Shown here one piece after another: positions 9,033-17,940 of a stretch of DNA of 32,000 nucleotides. Position 1 is the stretch's first letter. Every line of letters starts with the position of its first letter. The position numbers and the translations under genes were made by a program. Source of the stretch: Halomicrobium mukohataei DSM 12286 (GTDB lineage Archaea > Halobacteriota > Halobacteria > Halobacteriales > Haloarculaceae); the NCBI RefSeq assembly GCF_000023965.1, contig NC_013202.1:1830001-1862000 (forward strand), read 5' to 3'. Under the pieces are notes generated by a model. That model had not been told where the DNA came from. It did no database searches and was given only the letters and a program-made list of their open reading frames with translations.

Positions 9033-9052
9033 GGCTCGTCCGTCCCCAACAC
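9033..9052 (+). repeat. Possible third, decayed copy of the tRNA-Val 3' end
   Basis: GGCTCGTCCGTCCCCAACAC aligns to GGTTCGAATCCGCCCCAACCC with a 2-nt gap and about 3 mismatches. It lies about 100 nt after the previous copy. Confidence 0.3.
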
Positions 9053-9080
9053 GTAATCCGCTGGCGGTCGCGTGGCTGGT

Positions 9081-9644
9081 ATGAGCGACGATCCACTGCA
9101 CGAACGGATGGCCCGCTACGAGCAACTCGCCAGAGAGGCCAGGGAGCGTGCCAGCGAGCGCGACGCCGTCGGTGACGAGGTGGGTGACCGACTCGCCGAC
9201 GCGATCGCCGAGGCGGTCGACGAGGCGGGTGTCTCCATCGGGGCCGTCGATCGCTCGCGGGACGGTCACCACTACCGGTTCACGGCGCGACTCGACCGCG
9301 CGGCGCTGGTCGCGGCCCTGACCGACGCCTTGCCGGCCGGGTTCGTCGTCTCGCACGTCAACGACGACGGATCGCTGAGCATCGAGTGGACGGGCTCGGA
9401 TCGGACGCCGTCGAAGCGCGAACACGGGGCAGTGTTGAAAGCGATCGTCGCCGAGGCGACCGAGACCGACGCCGACGGACTCATCGAGTCGGTACCGTCT
9501 CGGACGGCCGTCCTCGACCGGGCCGAACAACTGGGGATCGACCGGGAGGACGCCGCCGATCGGCTGAGTCGGCTGGCGACGCTCGACGTGGTCGACATCG
9601 CCGACGGCCGGGTCTACCCGGACACGAACTTCTCGCGGTACTGA
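9081..9644 (+). CDS. acidic conserved-hypothetical-type protein
   Basis: ATG at 9081 (alternative GTG at 9072). 187 aa with high GC3 and haloarchaeal acidic composition. No motif recognised. Confidence 0.6.
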   Translation: MSDDPLHERMARYEQLAREARERASERDAVGDEVGDRLADAIAEAVDEAGVSIGAVDRSRDGHHYRFTARLDRAALVAALTDALPAGFVVSHVNDDGSLSIEWTGSDRTPSKREHGAVLKAIVAEATETDADGLIESVPSRTAVLDRAEQLGIDREDAADRLSRLATLDVVDIADGRVYPDTNFSRY

Positions 9645-9680
9645 GCGGCGGGTGATCGACGCTCCCCGCGGCTCAGCGTG

Positions 9681-10043
9681 TCACTCGCTGAGATCGACCG
9701 TGCCTTTCGAGTCCCAGATCTCCATCATCAGCTGGGCGAAGGTGGCCGTCCGGACGGGGTAGCCGTCGGCGTTGGTCGCGTCGACGGGCTTGCTGGCGAG
9801 CTTCTCGACGATCGTCTCGTTGTAGTCCATGTCCGCGAGCGTCTCGCGCACGTCGAAGGTGAACGTCCCGTCGTCGTCGGTCGTGAGCCATGCGGCGGCC
9901 TGTGCCTTCTCGCTGTACTCGATCGTGTACGTCTCACCGCCGACGAGGTCGTAGATGTCGTCGAGGCGTCCGATTTCGAGATCGTCGTCGCCGACCTCGA
10001 CGAACAGCGTGTCGTCGTCGATGCGGGTGTCGTACCGCTCCAT
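9681..10043 (-). CDS. small acidic hypothetical protein (120 aa)
   Basis: ATG at 10043. Strongly acidic (MERYDTRIDDDTLFVEVGDDDLEIG...) with good codon bias. Convergent with the preceding gene. Confidence 0.6.
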   Translation of the reverse strand: MERYDTRIDDDTLFVEVGDDDLEIGRLDDIYDLVGGETYTIEYSEKAQAAAWLTTDDDGTFTFDVRETLADMDYNETIVEKLASKPVDATNADGYPVRTATFAQLMMEIWDSKGTVDLSE

Positions 10044-10154
10044 ACCCGTACTCGGACGGTGAGACTCAAAAGACGTGGTGCTTTCCGGCGAGGTCGTGTG
10101 TCGCTCGCGAGATCCGCCCCCACTGCCTTACCCCTCTGTCGCGAACTGACGACC

Positions 10155-10940
10155 GTGTCGATCGCACTGACGCCCACGACGGCCGCGGTGTTCGTCAGCG
10201 TCGTCCTGATCGCTGGGGTGGTCAACGGCCTCGCCGGCTTCGGTTTCGCACTCGTCGGGACGATGGCACTGGCGACCGTGGTCGAACCGACGACGGCGGT
10301 CGTGTTCATGATCGTGCCGATTCTGGCGGCGAACGCCTCGCTCGCTCGGGAACTGTCGGTCGGGGACGTACGCACCTGTGGTCGCCGGTTCGGTCCGCTG
10401 CTGGCCGCGGCCCTGGTCGGCACCGTCGTCGGGCTGGCCGCGGTCGATCGACTCCCAGCGGCTCCTCTCAGGCTCGGGCTCGGTGTGGTGACGCTTGGCT
10501 TCGTCGCGACGGCCCAGCGAGCGGTGGCGATTCCGGGGTTCGACCGGCTGAAAGCGGGCTGTTTCGTCGAGACGCCACTGGCGATGGTCGCCATCGGCGG
10601 CGTCTCCGGCGTCCTCTTCGGCGGGACCAACGTCGGCGTCCAGCTGATCGCCTATCTGCGGAGCCGCGATCTCTCACACGAGCTGTTCGTCGGGGTCGCC
10701 GCGATGATCTTCCTGGGCCTGAACGCGGTGCGGGTCGGTGCAGCCGGGGCGCTCGGGCTGTATCCCGACCTCACGACGGTGGCCCTCTCCGTCGCGGCCG
10801 CGGTGCCAGCGGTCGCAGGCGTCGCCGTCGGCCGGCGGCTTCGAGTGCGGATTCCAGAGCGGACCCGCCGTCGATTCGTCCTCGGGCTGCTAGCCGTCGT
10901 CGGCGTCCGGCTCGTGGTCGGCGGGCTCGGACTCGCCTGA
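10155..10940 (+). CDS. TauE/SafE-family (sulfite exporter-like) membrane permease
   Basis: GTG at 10155 inside the long 9678..10940 ORF. About 8 TM helices with the family-typical N-terminal VNGLAGFGFALV motif and a glycine-rich second half (GGVSGVLFGGTNVG). Confidence 0.6.
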   Translation: MSIALTPTTAAVFVSVVLIAGVVNGLAGFGFALVGTMALATVVEPTTAVVFMIVPILAANASLARELSVGDVRTCGRRFGPLLAAALVGTVVGLAAVDRLPAAPLRLGLGVVTLGFVATAQRAVAIPGFDRLKAGCFVETPLAMVAIGGVSGVLFGGTNVGVQLIAYLRSRDLSHELFVGVAAMIFLGLNAVRVGAAGALGLYPDLTTVALSVAAAVPAVAGVAVGRRLRVRIPERTRRRFVLGLLAVVGVRLVVGGLGLA

Positions 10941-11020
10941 TCGCGCAGTCCTGTCGACTCTCTCATCCCTTCCCGGCGAGAGCGTGCGGTTCAAGTATTC
11001 CTCGGTGTAACAACTGGGAA

Positions 11021-12187
11021 ATGAGACGACGGAACTTCCTCACGCGAACCGGAGCGGGCCTCGCAAGTCTGACTGCGCTGTCGGGCTGTACCGGTGACGG
11101 CGGCGACGGGACCGAGTCGGCGAGTACCGAGAGCGCGACCGACACCGAGGTCACGGAGAGCGCGACCGATACCGAGAGCGTGACCGACGAGGGAACGACG
11201 ACCGGAACCGTCGAAGAACTGAGCGGGACGCTGTCGGTCGCGACCTACTCGTCGTTCGTCGGCGAAGACACGGCCGGCAACTGGCTCAAATCCGAGTTCG
11301 AGTCCGAGCATCCGGACGTGACCGTCGAGTTCGAAACGCCCGAGAACGGGCTCAACCAGTACATCCAGCGCAAGTCCGAGGGCGCGCCGATCGACGCCGA
11401 TCTGTTCGTCGGGCTCAACACGGGGGAACTCGTCCGGGCCGACGAGCAACTCGACGAGGCGCTGTTCGCGACTGCCAGTGACCGCATCGAAGGGGCGGAC
11501 ACGGTCAAGCCGGAGCTCCAGTTCGATCCCGACGGACGAGTCGTGCCCTACGACACCGGGTACATCAGCCTCGTCTACGACGAGGGCGAGGTCGACGCGC
11601 CGGGCACCTTCGACGCCCTGCTCGAACCCGCCTACGAGGACGCGCTGATCGCCCAGAACGCCCAGCAGTCCGACCCCGGTCGCGCGTTCCTGCTGTGGAC
11701 GATCTACAACAAAGACCCGGACGGCTATCTGGACTACTGGGAGGGGCTGGTCGACAACGGCGTCACGATCCTCTCGGACTGGGAGCCGGCGTACAACGCC
11801 TACTCGGATGAGGAGGCCCCGATGGTCGTCTCGTACTCGACCGACCAGGTGTTCTACCACGGCGAGGGCGTCGACATGTCGCGCCACCAGATCGGCTTCC
11901 TGAACGATCAGGGCTACGCCAACCCCGAGGGGATGGCCCAGTTCGCCGACAGCGACGACGCCGAACTGGCCCGGGCGTTCGCCTCGTTCGCACTGACAGC
12001 TCCGGCCCAGCGCGAGATCGCCACGCGAAACGTCCAGTTCCCGGCCGTCGAGGGCGTCGACCCCGGCGGCGACTTCGGCGAGTACGCGCTGGAGCCCCCC
12101 GAGCCGGTCACCTTCACCTACGACGAACTGTCGGGCAACGTGAGCGGCTGGATCGACGAGTGGGCCCGACAGATCGCGAGCAACTAG
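11021..12187 (+). CDS. ABC transporter substrate-binding lipoprotein, ThiB/FbpA (thiamine or Fe3+) type
   Basis: ATG at 11021. Tat-like signal plus lipobox (MRRRNFLTRTGAGLASLTALSGC) and an acidic Thr/Glu linker, then an SBP fold pattern (LSVATYSSFV...NWLKSEFE). The upstream part of ORF 9890..12187 is Arg-rich junk. Confidence 0.7.
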   Translation: MRRRNFLTRTGAGLASLTALSGCTGDGGDGTESASTESATDTEVTESATDTESVTDEGTTTGTVEELSGTLSVATYSSFVGEDTAGNWLKSEFESEHPDVTVEFETPENGLNQYIQRKSEGAPIDADLFVGLNTGELVRADEQLDEALFATASDRIEGADTVKPELQFDPDGRVVPYDTGYISLVYDEGEVDAPGTFDALLEPAYEDALIAQNAQQSDPGRAFLLWTIYNKDPDGYLDYWEGLVDNGVTILSDWEPAYNAYSDEEAPMVVSYSTDQVFYHGEGVDMSRHQIGFLNDQGYANPEGMAQFADSDDAELARAFASFALTAPAQREIATRNVQFPAVEGVDPGGDFGEYALEPPEPVTFTYDELSGNVSGWIDEWARQIASN

Positions 12188-12188
12188 G

Positions 12189-13886
12189 ATGGACGCCCGG
12201 GTCGACAGACTCGCGCTGCCCGTCGGTACCGTCGCGACGCTGGCGACGCTGCTGGTCGTGTTCTACTACCCCGTCGGGAGCGTCCTCGTCGGCGCGGTTC
12301 GTGTCGGCGGACAGCTCTCGCTGGCACCGCTGAAGGCCGTCCTCGGCGACCCGTTCTACGCGGATCTGTTCGGCTTTACCGCGTACCAGGCGCTGCTGTC
12401 GACGGTCGCCAGCGTCCTCGTCGGACTGCCGGGCGCGTACCTGCTGGCTCGCTTCGAGTTTCCCGGCCGGCGCTTCCTGCGCTCGGTGACGATTCTTCCC
12501 TTCGTCTTGCCGTCGATCATGGTCGCGGTGGGCTTTCTGGCGATGTTCGGCCGCACCGGGCTGTTCAACGACCTGCTCGCCGTCGTCGGGCTCGGCCCGG
12601 TCGAACTCACCTTCACGCTGGAGATCATCGTACTGGCCCACGCCTTCTACAACGCGCCGCTGGTGACGCGACTGGTGACGGCCGCCTGGGAGTCCGTCGA
12701 CGCGCGACGCGTCGAGACCGCCCGGACGCTGGGTGCGTCACCGCTCGTGGCGTTTCGCGACGTGGTCGCCCCGCAGTTGCTCCCGGCGCTGTTGACCGCC
12801 GCGGTGCTCACCTTCCTCTTTACGTTCATGTCGTTCCCCATCGTGCTGGCGCTGGGCGGGCTCGAATTCGCGACCGTCGAGGTGTGGCTGTTCGCCCGCG
12901 TTCGGGACCTCGCGCTGACCGAGGCGGCGACGCTCGGAGCCATCGAAACGGCGCTGTCGCTGGGACTGATCTACGTCTACCTCCGGTTCGAGGCGATGCA
13001 ACTTCGTGCCGGCGGCGGCTCTCGTTCGATCGACCGAGTGCCGCTGTTGGCCGGCTGGCGGTCGCTGACCGATCCGCGCCGACTCGCGCTCCTGTGTTAC
13101 GGCGGCGTCGTTCTGGTCCTGTTCGTCGGGCCGCTGGCGAGCCTGGTCGTCGAGAGCGTCACGACGCCCGAGGGACAGCTCACGACCGACTACTACGCCT
13201 TCCTGCTGGCCCAGCAGGCTTCGGCCGCCACGGGGACGGTTCAGCCCGTGCCGGCGATCACGAACTCGCTGCTGTTTGCGGCCGGCGCGCTCGTGCTCGC
13301 TCTCCCGATGGGCGTCGTCGTCTCGGTGGTCGCCGCCCGCGAGACGCGGGGCTCGCGGGTCGCCGAGGCGCTGCTGACGGCACCGCTCGCGGTCAGCGGG
13401 ATCGTCCTCGGTCTGGGGATGCTCCGGACGCTCGTGTTCGGGACGGAGCTGTTCGGCCACCGGCTGACGGTCACCGGTCCGGTCGCGATCGTCGCCGCCC
13501 ACGCCGTCGCGGGCTACCCCTTCGTCACCCGGACGGTGACGCCGGCACTGAGTGCCATCGACGACCGACTCGTCGACGCCGCCCGCTCGCTGGGCGCGAG
13601 CCGGACGACGGCTCTCCTCGACGTGGAACTGCCGCTGACCGCCGCCGCGCTCGTGGCCGGGGCGGCCTTCGCCGTCGCCATCAGCATCGGCGAGTTCGAC
13701 ACGACGGTGTTGCTCGCCGAGGGCGTCGACAGCGCGACGATGCCGGTGGCGCTGGAACGGTACACCGGGAACCGATCGCTGGGGCCGAACCTCGGACCGG
13801 CGACGGCGATGGGGACGGTGTTGCTCGCGGTGACGACCGTCAGCTTCGTGGTGATCGATCGCGTGGGCGGGCGGTGGGAACGATGA
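12189..13886 (+). CDS. ABC transporter permease, fused two-domain (ThiP/FbpB type)
   Basis: 565 aa with 12 predicted TM segments in two homologous halves, as in thiamine or iron(III) ABC permeases. Starts 1 nt after the SBP stop. Confidence 0.8.
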   Translation: MDARVDRLALPVGTVATLATLLVVFYYPVGSVLVGAVRVGGQLSLAPLKAVLGDPFYADLFGFTAYQALLSTVASVLVGLPGAYLLARFEFPGRRFLRSVTILPFVLPSIMVAVGFLAMFGRTGLFNDLLAVVGLGPVELTFTLEIIVLAHAFYNAPLVTRLVTAAWESVDARRVETARTLGASPLVAFRDVVAPQLLPALLTAAVLTFLFTFMSFPIVLALGGLEFATVEVWLFARVRDLALTEAATLGAIETALSLGLIYVYLRFEAMQLRAGGGSRSIDRVPLLAGWRSLTDPRRLALLCYGGVVLVLFVGPLASLVVESVTTPEGQLTTDYYAFLLAQQASAATGTVQPVPAITNSLLFAAGALVLALPMGVVVSVVAARETRGSRVAEALLTAPLAVSGIVLGLGMLRTLVFGTELFGHRLTVTGPVAIVAAHAVAGYPFVTRTVTPALSAIDDRLVDAARSLGASRTTALLDVELPLTAAALVAGAAFAVAISIGEFDTTVLLAEGVDSATMPVALERYTGNRSLGPNLGPATAMGTVLLAVTTVSFVVIDRVGGRWER

Positions 13887-14941
13887 CGACACCGGGCGTC
13901 GAAATCGAGGGACTGACTGTCGGCTACGACGACGTGACCGCGCTGGACGACGTGTCGCTGTCGGTCACAGACGGCGAGTTCTTCACGCTCGTCGGCCCCT
14001 CGGGCTGTGGGAAGACGACGACGCTGCGCTCGATCGCCGGCCTGGAGTCGCCCGATCGCGGGATCGTCTCGATCGGCGGTCGGGACGTGACGGGCGAGTC
14101 GCCCGAGGACCGCGAGACGGGGATCGTCTTCCAGAACTACGCGCTCTTTCCCCACATGAGCGTCCGCGAGAACGTCGCGTACGGGCTCCAGTTTCGCGAC
14201 AGTCCCGCCCGCGACGACGACGAGCGGGTGACGGAACTGCTGGAACTCGTCGAGGTCGCCGACCTCGCCGACCGCGACCCCGACCAGCTGTCCGGTGGCC
14301 AGCAACAGCGGGTCGCGCTGGCGCGTGCGCTCGCACCCGAGCCGGCGGTGCTCTTGCTGGACGAACCCCTCTCGGCGCTGGACGCACAGCTGCGCCAGCG
14401 CCTGCGCGTCCAGATAAAGCGGATCCAGTCGGAGCTGGGGATCACCACCGTCTACGTCACCCACGACCAGGCCGAGGCGCTGGCGATCAGCGACCGCGTG
14501 GCGGTGATGCGCGAGGGCCGCGTCGAGCAGGTCGCGACGCCGGAGACGGTGTATCGCGAGCCGGCGACGCGGTTCGTCGCGGAGTTCGTCGGCGACAACA
14601 ACGTCTTCGACGGCGTCGTCGCGCCGGACGGGACGCGGGCAACTGTCGGCGACGCTGCCATCGCGCTCCCGACCGGCAGTGACCGCGCTCGCGGCGAGTC
14701 CGTCGCCGTCGCCGTTCGGCCCGAAGCGATCACCGTCGGCCGGGACGGTGCGGACACGGCGGCCACGGAGCGGACGGTCTCCCTGCGGGCGACGGTCGAG
14801 ACGGTGGAGTTCCTCGGTGACGCCTACCGAGTCCACTGCGAGTGGCAGGGCCGGACGCTCGTCGTCAAGACCGACGCCGACGAACCGCCCGCGGGCGACG
14901 TGACGCTACGCGTCGACCCGGCGGACGTGCGCGTCCTCTGA
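13883..14941 (+). CDS. ABC transporter ATP-binding protein
   Basis: ATG at 13883 (ATGA overlap). Walker A GPSGCGKTT, signature LSGGQQQRVALARAL, Walker B LLLDEP, and a C-terminal TOBE-like domain. Confidence 0.9.
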   Translation: MTTPGVEIEGLTVGYDDVTALDDVSLSVTDGEFFTLVGPSGCGKTTTLRSIAGLESPDRGIVSIGGRDVTGESPEDRETGIVFQNYALFPHMSVRENVAYGLQFRDSPARDDDERVTELLELVEVADLADRDPDQLSGGQQQRVALARALAPEPAVLLLDEPLSALDAQLRQRLRVQIKRIQSELGITTVYVTHDQAEALAISDRVAVMREGRVEQVATPETVYREPATRFVAEFVGDNNVFDGVVAPDGTRATVGDAAIALPTGSDRARGESVAVAVRPEAITVGRDGADTAATERTVSLRATVETVEFLGDAYRVHCEWQGRTLVVKTDADEPPAGDVTLRVDPADVRVL

Positions 14942-14942
14942 T

Positions 14943-15026
14943 ACGGAACGTTGTAGGTCGTTACCAGATCGATCGCACGCCGTCGTGCGGTCGACTGGGT
15001 GAACGCCTACAACCGTCCGTATGAGG
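14943..15026. repeat. 84-nt structured intergenic repeat, copy A (long imperfect hairpin centred on GATCGCACG-ccgt-CGTGCGGTC)
   Basis: About 88% identical (74/84) to 28707-28790 in the same orientation. Outer arms TTGTAGG / CCTACAA also pair. Confidence 0.8.
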
Positions 15027-15078
15027 CCAGGGGAGACGGATGGCTGGCTCTTTACCTCCCCGCCACCAACGCCGGCCC

Positions 15079-16086
15079 ATGACAGATCTGGGCAAGATCG
15101 ACGCCTCGTTCTTCGACGAGACGATCTATCCGAACCTCGGCGCGTCGCGGGCCGACGTGACTGTCGGGCCGCGCCACGGCGTCGACTTCGGGGTCCTCGA
15201 CGTGGGCGGGCAGGCGGTCGTGATCGCGACCGATCCGGTCTCTCTGCTGCCGGAGCTCGGGCTCGAACGCGCCGGCCGGTTCGCTCTGGAGATCGTCCTG
15301 ACCGATGTCGCCGTCTCGGGTGTCCCGCCGACCCACCTGGCGATGAGTCTCACGCTGCCGCCGTCCTGGAGCGACGACGACCTCGCGACGGTGTGGCGGG
15401 CGATCAGCGACCACGCCGAGCGCCTGGGCGTGAGCATCGTCTCGGGTCACACCGCGCGCTACCCCGGCATCGACAGCTCGTGGGTCGGGGGTGCGACGGT
15501 GCTGGGCGTCGGCGACCACGACGACGTCGTCCGCCCCGACGGTGCGACGCCCGGCGACCGGCTCGTCGTGACGACCGGGCCGGCGGCCGAGGTGACGGGC
15601 CTGCTCTCGACGCTGTTTCCCGAGCGGCTGGGCGTCGACGCCGAAACCGTCGCGATCGCACAGGAGCGCGTCGACGACATCGCGGCCGTGGCCGACGCGC
15701 GGACGGCCTTCGCGGCCAGCGGCGTCACGGCGATGCACGACGCCACGGAGGGGGGCGTCGTCGGCGGGCTGACCGAGATGGCGAGCGGAGCCGGTGTCCG
15801 CTTCGAGGTCGACAGCGACCGGATGCCGGTCCGGCCCGGCGTCGAGGCGGTGTGTGACGCCCTCGACGTGGATCCGTGGATGGTGACGAGTGCGGGAACG
15901 CTGTTGCTGACCGTCGAGCCGAGGGCCGCGGACGACGTGGTCGAGGCGTTGCGCGATCGCGGGACCCCGGCAGCGACCGTCGGCGAGGTCGTGGCCGGCG
16001 AGGGCGTCGTTCGCGACGGGGAGCGCGTCCACCCGCCCAACGGCGACCCCTCGTGGGACGCGTTCGACCGACTGAGCGGGGCCTGA
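15079..16086 (+). CDS. AIR synthase-related (PurM/ThiL/HypE-fold) protein
   Basis: ATG at 15079 (alternative at 15040). N-terminal GxDFGVLD...VIATDP pattern and C-terminal AMHDATEGGVVGGL pattern typical of the AIR-synthase-related family. Confidence 0.7.
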   Translation: MTDLGKIDASFFDETIYPNLGASRADVTVGPRHGVDFGVLDVGGQAVVIATDPVSLLPELGLERAGRFALEIVLTDVAVSGVPPTHLAMSLTLPPSWSDDDLATVWRAISDHAERLGVSIVSGHTARYPGIDSSWVGGATVLGVGDHDDVVRPDGATPGDRLVVTTGPAAEVTGLLSTLFPERLGVDAETVAIAQERVDDIAAVADARTAFAASGVTAMHDATEGGVVGGLTEMASGAGVRFEVDSDRMPVRPGVEAVCDALDVDPWMVTSAGTLLLTVEPRAADDVVEALRDRGTPAATVGEVVAGEGVVRDGERVHPPNGDPSWDAFDRLSGA

Positions 16087-16154
16087 TACTGCCGATTGTA
16101 CGACCCCGCCGACGAGTTCGGCACGCATTTACTCGCGGGGTCCCTTGTGTGGGT

Positions 16155-16406
16155 ATGGTAGCGGACACGAGCGGTCATCGGAACAAGATCGCCTTCGGCC
16201 TCGCGTTCGCGACGGTCGTGATCGTTCCCGGGCTGGCGAACTACGCGCTCTCCGGGATCGGACTGGACACCCTCGGCAGCGTCGTCTGGGCGATCGGCTA
16301 CGGGATCGGTGCGATCGCGATGTGGTCGATCTGGATCAGGCCACTGGAGCTGACCGGGCCCGACGGCGTCGACCCCTCGGAGACCGGCGAGGAACACGTC
16401 GACTGA
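16155..16406 (+). CDS. small membrane protein (83 aa, 2-3 TM)
   Basis: ATG at 16155. Hydrophobic (IAFGLAFATVVIVPGLANYAL...VVWAIGYGIGAIAMWSIWI) with an acidic tail. Sits immediately upstream of the GH68 gene. Confidence 0.5.
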   Translation: MVADTSGHRNKIAFGLAFATVVIVPGLANYALSGIGLDTLGSVVWAIGYGIGAIAMWSIWIRPLELTGPDGVDPSETGEEHVD

Positions 16407-16460
16407 ATCAGATACAACGGCTGTAGTAACTCTTTTCAGCCAGTCGGCCACACGTGCAGT

Positions 16461-17771
16461 ATGAGCAAGGACAGTCCTGGGACCGCCGTTCCGGGCCACG
16501 GCGCGCGCTCGGGGTGGTCGCGCGAACAGGCGAGTCGCATCGAGCGAACCGACGACACGACGGCACCGATCGTCTACCCGCCCGCGACCGACCAGGCACC
16601 CGACGTTCACGTCTGGGACACCTGGCTGTTGCGCGAGCGCGACGGCACGGTCGCCACCGTCGACGGCTACCGTGTCACGTTCTCGCTGACTGCGCCGGCC
16701 GATCTCTTGCCGGGCAAGCGCCACGACGTGGCGACGATCCGGTACTTCTACTCGGCCGACGGCCGGACGTGGCAGCCCGGTGGCGTCGTCTTCGAGGAGC
16801 CGCTGGGCCAGCGCACCTGGGCCGGCTCCGCGCTGTACGACGACGGCGACATCTACCTCTTCTACACTGCGGCCGGGGAGCGCGGGGCGGACGAACTCAC
16901 CTACACCCAGCGCATCGTCGCCGCGTCCGGGGGGACACCGCGGACCGACGGCGAGTTCGCCATCGAGGGGCCCTGGACCCACCACGAACTGCTCCGCCCG
17001 GATGGCGACCGCTACGAGCGCCAGGACCAGTCTCGCGGCATGACCTACACCTTCCGAGATCCGTGGTTCTTCGAGGACCCTGCGACCGGCGAGACGCACC
17101 TCCTGTTCGAGGCCAACACGCCGGTGCCGGCGGCGAGCGACGCCTGCGGCGGCGACCCGGATCTACAGTCGTTCAACGGCAGCGTCGGCCTCGCGCACTC
17201 GCCGACGGGTGACCCCCTCTCCTGGGAGCTGTGTGACCCGCTGCTGGATTCGGTCTGTGTCAACCAAGAGCTCGAACGTCCCCACGTCGTCCCCCGGGAC
17301 GGCCGCTACTACCTCTTCGTCTCCAGCCACGACCACACCTTCGCGCCGGGGCTCGACGGCTACGACGCGCTGTATGGCTTCGTCGCCGACTCCCTGCGTG
17401 GCGACTACGTCCCGCTCAACGACTCCGGACTGGTCGTGACCAACCCCGCGAACGCCCCCTTCCAGGCGTACTCGTGGATGGTGTTCCCGCACCGGGAGGA
17501 AGTGCTGGTCCAGAGCTTCTTCAACTACTACGACTTCGAGGCCGACTCGATGGATCGGGTCGCAGACCTGCCCGAGTCCGAGCAGCTGCGACGCTTCGGC
17601 GGAACGCTCGCGCCGACGCTGCGCCTCCGGGTCGAGGGGACCCACACGGAGATCCTCGGGACGCTCGACCACTGGCAGATCCCGCTGCCCGACGAGGTCC
17701 TGCCGCCGACGGACCGAGAGTACTTCGCGGGCGAGAGCGGCGACGGCGGATCGTACTATAGTAGCCATTGA
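16461..17771 (+). CDS. GH68-family fructosyltransferase (levansucrase or inulosucrase-like)
   Basis: The three GH68 catalytic motifs are recognisable: VWDTWLL (nucleophile), FRDPWFF (RDP), and NQELERPHVV (the DEIER-type acid/base motif). No N-terminal signal peptide is evident. Confidence 0.8.
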   Translation: MSKDSPGTAVPGHGARSGWSREQASRIERTDDTTAPIVYPPATDQAPDVHVWDTWLLRERDGTVATVDGYRVTFSLTAPADLLPGKRHDVATIRYFYSADGRTWQPGGVVFEEPLGQRTWAGSALYDDGDIYLFYTAAGERGADELTYTQRIVAASGGTPRTDGEFAIEGPWTHHELLRPDGDRYERQDQSRGMTYTFRDPWFFEDPATGETHLLFEANTPVPAASDACGGDPDLQSFNGSVGLAHSPTGDPLSWELCDPLLDSVCVNQELERPHVVPRDGRYYLFVSSHDHTFAPGLDGYDALYGFVADSLRGDYVPLNDSGLVVTNPANAPFQAYSWMVFPHREEVLVQSFFNYYDFEADSMDRVADLPESEQLRRFGGTLAPTLRLRVEGTHTEILGTLDHWQIPLPDEVLPPTDREYFAGESGDGGSYYSSH

Positions 17772-17780
17772 AAATCAATG

Positions 17781-17816
17781 CACACCCGATCGCACGACGG
17801 CAGTGCGATCGGTGTG
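17781..17816. terminator. 14-bp hairpin (one bulge) between the convergent GH68 and GH32 genes
   Basis: CACACCCGATCGCAC-gacggca-GTGCGATCGGTGTG, 10 nt after the GH68 stop. The reverse-complement core resembles the core of the 84-nt repeat. Confidence 0.45.
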
Positions 17817-17940
17817 TAAATCGTTTCAATTGTTACTATACCGCTAGGGACTGCTCCGCGCGGGGTCGCCGGAGTAGACGGTACCACGCCACGTGCAGAC
17901 GATTCCCCGAGCACGTCCCGATCGACGCCGGTAACGGGTG

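Noticed and set aside
9890-11020. N-terminal 377-aa extension of the SBP ORF (and the similar extension 12884..13882 of the ATPase ORF)
   Set aside because: The extensions are Arg/Gly/Pro-rich read-through across other genes' coding regions in a different frame. Internal ATGs at 11021 and 13883 give proper N-termini: a Tat/lipobox signal for the SBP and an ABC N-terminus for the ATPase.
10941-11020. Looked for a TPP riboswitch upstream of the ThiB-type ABC operon
   Set aside because: No CUGAGA / ACCUGAUCUGGAUAAUGC-like conserved elements are visible. The substrate assignment (thiamine versus iron) is itself uncertain.
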